Below, piece by piece: positions 61,707 through 64,000 of a stretch of 64,000 nt of DNA. The position numbers and the translations under genes were made by a program. Below the pieces are notes generated by a model that saw only the letters and a program-made list of their open reading frames with translations, was not told where the DNA came from and ran no database searches. This DNA comes from Candidatus Kapaibacterium sp. (lineage in GTDB: Bacteria; Bacteroidota; Ignavibacteria; Kapaibacteriales; UBA2268), in NCBI GenBank assembly GCA_963664875.1, contig OY761611.1:2400001-2464000 (forward strand), written 5' to 3'. The first letter of the stretch is position 1. Each line of letters starts with the position of its first letter.

Positions 61707-64000
61707 ATGCAATTAAAAATTAGAAGTAAGATAGTGCTTCTTGCAAATTTATGTATTACTCTGCCATTAGTTATACTAATATCCATTATATGGTTTGAAA
61801 AAAATCATGCTGCAGAGGAAAATATTAAACTCATAAGTGACATGACTGAAAATAACTTAGGTCAGATTGCAAAGGATGTATATTCTATCTGCGATGCATC
61901 AAACAGTATCCTACAAAGCAAACTTAACAGCACTCTTGATTTGTTAAATCAACAGATCAAAGCAAATGGCGGTTTGAATATTAAAAATGAAAATACTGAT
62001 TGGGCTGCAGAAAATCAGTTTATGAAACAATCTTTAGCATTTACACTGCCAAAATTTTGCATAGGTGATAAATGGTTAGGAAATTCTCGAAGCATGTCAG
62101 CTGAAACTTATCTGATAGACCGACTCGGCAAAACAATGGATGTTGCAATATCGGTATTCCAGAGAACAAATGACGAAGGGGATATGCTCAGAGTTGCCAC
62201 AAATGCTCCCGATGAGAGCGGGAAACGTACTTTGGGTACTTTTTACACTGCCGTGAATCCGGATGGAACACCAAATCCTGTTATACAAACAATACTAAAC
62301 AAGCAGTCATTTAGAGGTTCTGATTTTGTAGTTGGGCAAGTATATCTTACAATATATCAGCCTATAATTGACAACTCAGGAAAAGTAATTGGTATTTTAT
62401 CTGTCGGAGTAAGACAGGAACAAGATCCTCAATTGCGTAAAAACATAATGGATATCAACGTCGGCAATGATGGGTACGTGTTTGTATTGCAGGGGAACGG
62501 GCCTAAAAAGGGAGAATACGTTGTCTTTAAAGATAACCAAAGAGTTGGTGAAAACTTACTAGAATCTACCAATAAAGATGTTGTAAAAGTTACACAAGAT
62601 GTTATAGATATAGCTCTAAAACTAGAAGGCAAAGAAAGCGGTACCTATAATTATTTCTGGCAAAATCCAGGTGAAGATTTGCCTCGAGAAAAAATAACAA
62701 TGGTTGCATATTATGAACCTTGGGACTGGGTCATAGGAGTGAGTGCTTATAAGTCTGATTTTATGGCAGTAAGTGATAAAATGATAGATACATTAGCTAA
62801 CTTAATCTATATCGCAATCTTTACTGCGCTAATTATCAATGCCGTTATGGGGCTGTTTGTGTTCTGGTTCACCAAACGCATGATGAAACCACTTGATGAT
62901 ATTGCAGTAATTTCAGATCAGCTTGCTATGGGGAATTTAAATAATAGCATAGATTACAATAAAACCGACGAAATCGGTCAGTTAGCCTCAAGTTTTCGGA
63001 ACATGAAATCAGCAATAGAGTCAGTGATCAATGAGTTGGGAGAAATAACAATAGCCACAACAAACGGCAGATTAGACAAGAGATGTAACACAACAAAATT
63101 CCAAGGCTCTTATAAAGAAATAGTTGTAGGTGTAAACGGAACTTTGGATGCAGTAATCCAGCCATTGAACATGACCGCGGAGTATGTCGATAGAATAGCC
63201 AAAGGCGATATACCTTCAAAAATCAATGAAGAGTATAAAGGCGACTTTAACGAAATCAAAAACAATATCAATCAGCTAATAGATACCCTTAACTTTTTTG
63301 TAAATGATATGCTAAATATGTATCATCAGCAAAAAGCAGGTGATATTGAAGTGATGATGCATCCCGATAACTTCCTTGGAGTTTACAGGGAAATGGCAAA
63401 CGGAGTAAACAATGCAGCGGGAATCCATATAAATAACCTACTTAAAATACTTGGTATTCTGCAATCCTATGCAAACGGCGACATGACACCTGTGCTTGAA
63501 AAATTGCCGGGCAAACAAATAATCGCCAATGAAAGAATGGATATGCTACGTAATAACTTATTAGATGTAATAACAGAGCTCAATACTATATCTGATTCGG
63601 TAACAAACGGCAGGTTAGACTTACGAGGCAGTGCTGATAAATTTAACGGTGCCTACAAAGAAATCATCAGCGGTATCAACGGCACTCTTGATGCGGTAAT
63701 CAATCCGCTCAACGTAACAGCGGAATATATCGACAGAATATCTAAGGGTGACATACCACAGAAAATAACCGAAGAAGCCAAAGGTGATTTCAACGAAATA
63801 AAAGTAAATATCAATCAGCTAATCGATAATCTGAACGATTTTATTACAGATATGCAGCAAATGCATGATTTGCACAAAGCCGGGGATATCGAGTATCAAA
63901 TAAATGCAGGCAAATTCAACGGAGCCTACCGAACAATGGCAAACGGTGTAAATACCACAGTCTTTATCCACGTAGATGCAGCATTGTCGATACTTAATAT
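61707..64000 (+). CDS. Second MCP (Cache_3/Cache_2-type sensor, poly-HAMP), 3' truncated by window edge; absent from the ORF track
   Basis: ATG 61707 MQLKIRSKIV; ISVFQR..GDMLRVATN, YFWQNPGE, YYEPWDWVIG; HAMP block shared with the first MCP. Confidence 0.9.
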   Translation, partial: MQLKIRSKIVLLANLCITLPLVILISIIWFEKNHAAEENIKLISDMTENNLGQIAKDVYSICDASNSILQSKLNSTLDLLNQQIKANGGLNIKNENTDWAAENQFMKQSLAFTLPKFCIGDKWLGNSRSMSAETYLIDRLGKTMDVAISVFQRTNDEGDMLRVATNAPDESGKRTLGTFYTAVNPDGTPNPVIQTILNKQSFRGSDFVVGQVYLTIYQPIIDNSGKVIGILSVGVRQEQDPQLRKNIMDINVGNDGYVFVLQGNGPKKGEYVVFKDNQRVGENLLESTNKDVVKVTQDVIDIALKLEGKESGTYNYFWQNPGEDLPREKITMVAYYEPWDWVIGVSAYKSDFMAVSDKMIDTLANLIYIAIFTALIINAVMGLFVFWFTKRMMKPLDDIAVISDQLAMGNLNNSIDYNKTDEIGQLASSFRNMKSAIESVINELGEITIATTNGRLDKRCNTTKFQGSYKEIVVGVNGTLDAVIQPLNMTAEYVDRIAKGDIPSKINEEYKGDFNEIKNNINQLIDTLNFFVNDMLNMYHQQKAGDIEVMMHPDNFLGVYREMANGVNNAAGIHINNLLKILGILQSYANGDMTPVLEKLPGKQIIANERMDMLRNNLLDVITELNTISDSVTNGRLDLRGSADKFNGAYKEIISGINGTLDAVINPLNVTAEYIDRISKGDIPQKITEEAKGDFNEIKVNINQLIDNLNDFITDMQQMHDLHKAGDIEYQINAGKFNGAYRTMANGVNTTVFIHVDAALSILN

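Overview
A 64-kb AT-rich bacterial chromosome segment, most likely FCB group (Ignavibacteria/Kapabacteria-like). That placement is inferred from TAnnTTTG promoters, T9SS C-terminal domains, DUF5686 and IgGFc-binding proteins, and the chemoreceptors plus a sigma-28 promoter. Housekeeping genes (pit-type transporter, hemW, thiN, maf, moxR, menB, rplS, asd, eno, phhB, perR-dps-prx, mlaD-cobB-acpS-ispD) alternate with accessory patches. Most notable: (1) an intact, translationally coupled gatE-gatD pair, i.e. the normally archaeal GatDE Glu-tRNA(Gln) amidotransferase, in a bacterium; (2) a Y1/HUH (RAYT-like) transposase embedded in composite REPIN-like repeats; (3) four tandem paralogue sets, three with mosaic constant-module/variable-body structure (T9SS cargo x3, surface lipoproteins x2, MCPs x2) plus two YiiX enzymes; (4) a 153-bp duplicated eno 3' end bounding a 1.3-kb islet that looks like a homology-facilitated illegitimate recombination scar; (5) a 39-bp perfect direct repeat exactly 2100 bp apart around the lipoprotein pair; (6) a complete IS1380 element with a 5-bp target duplication. 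I saw no rRNA, tRNA or CRISPR array. Family assignments come from motif recognition by eye, and counts are manual.
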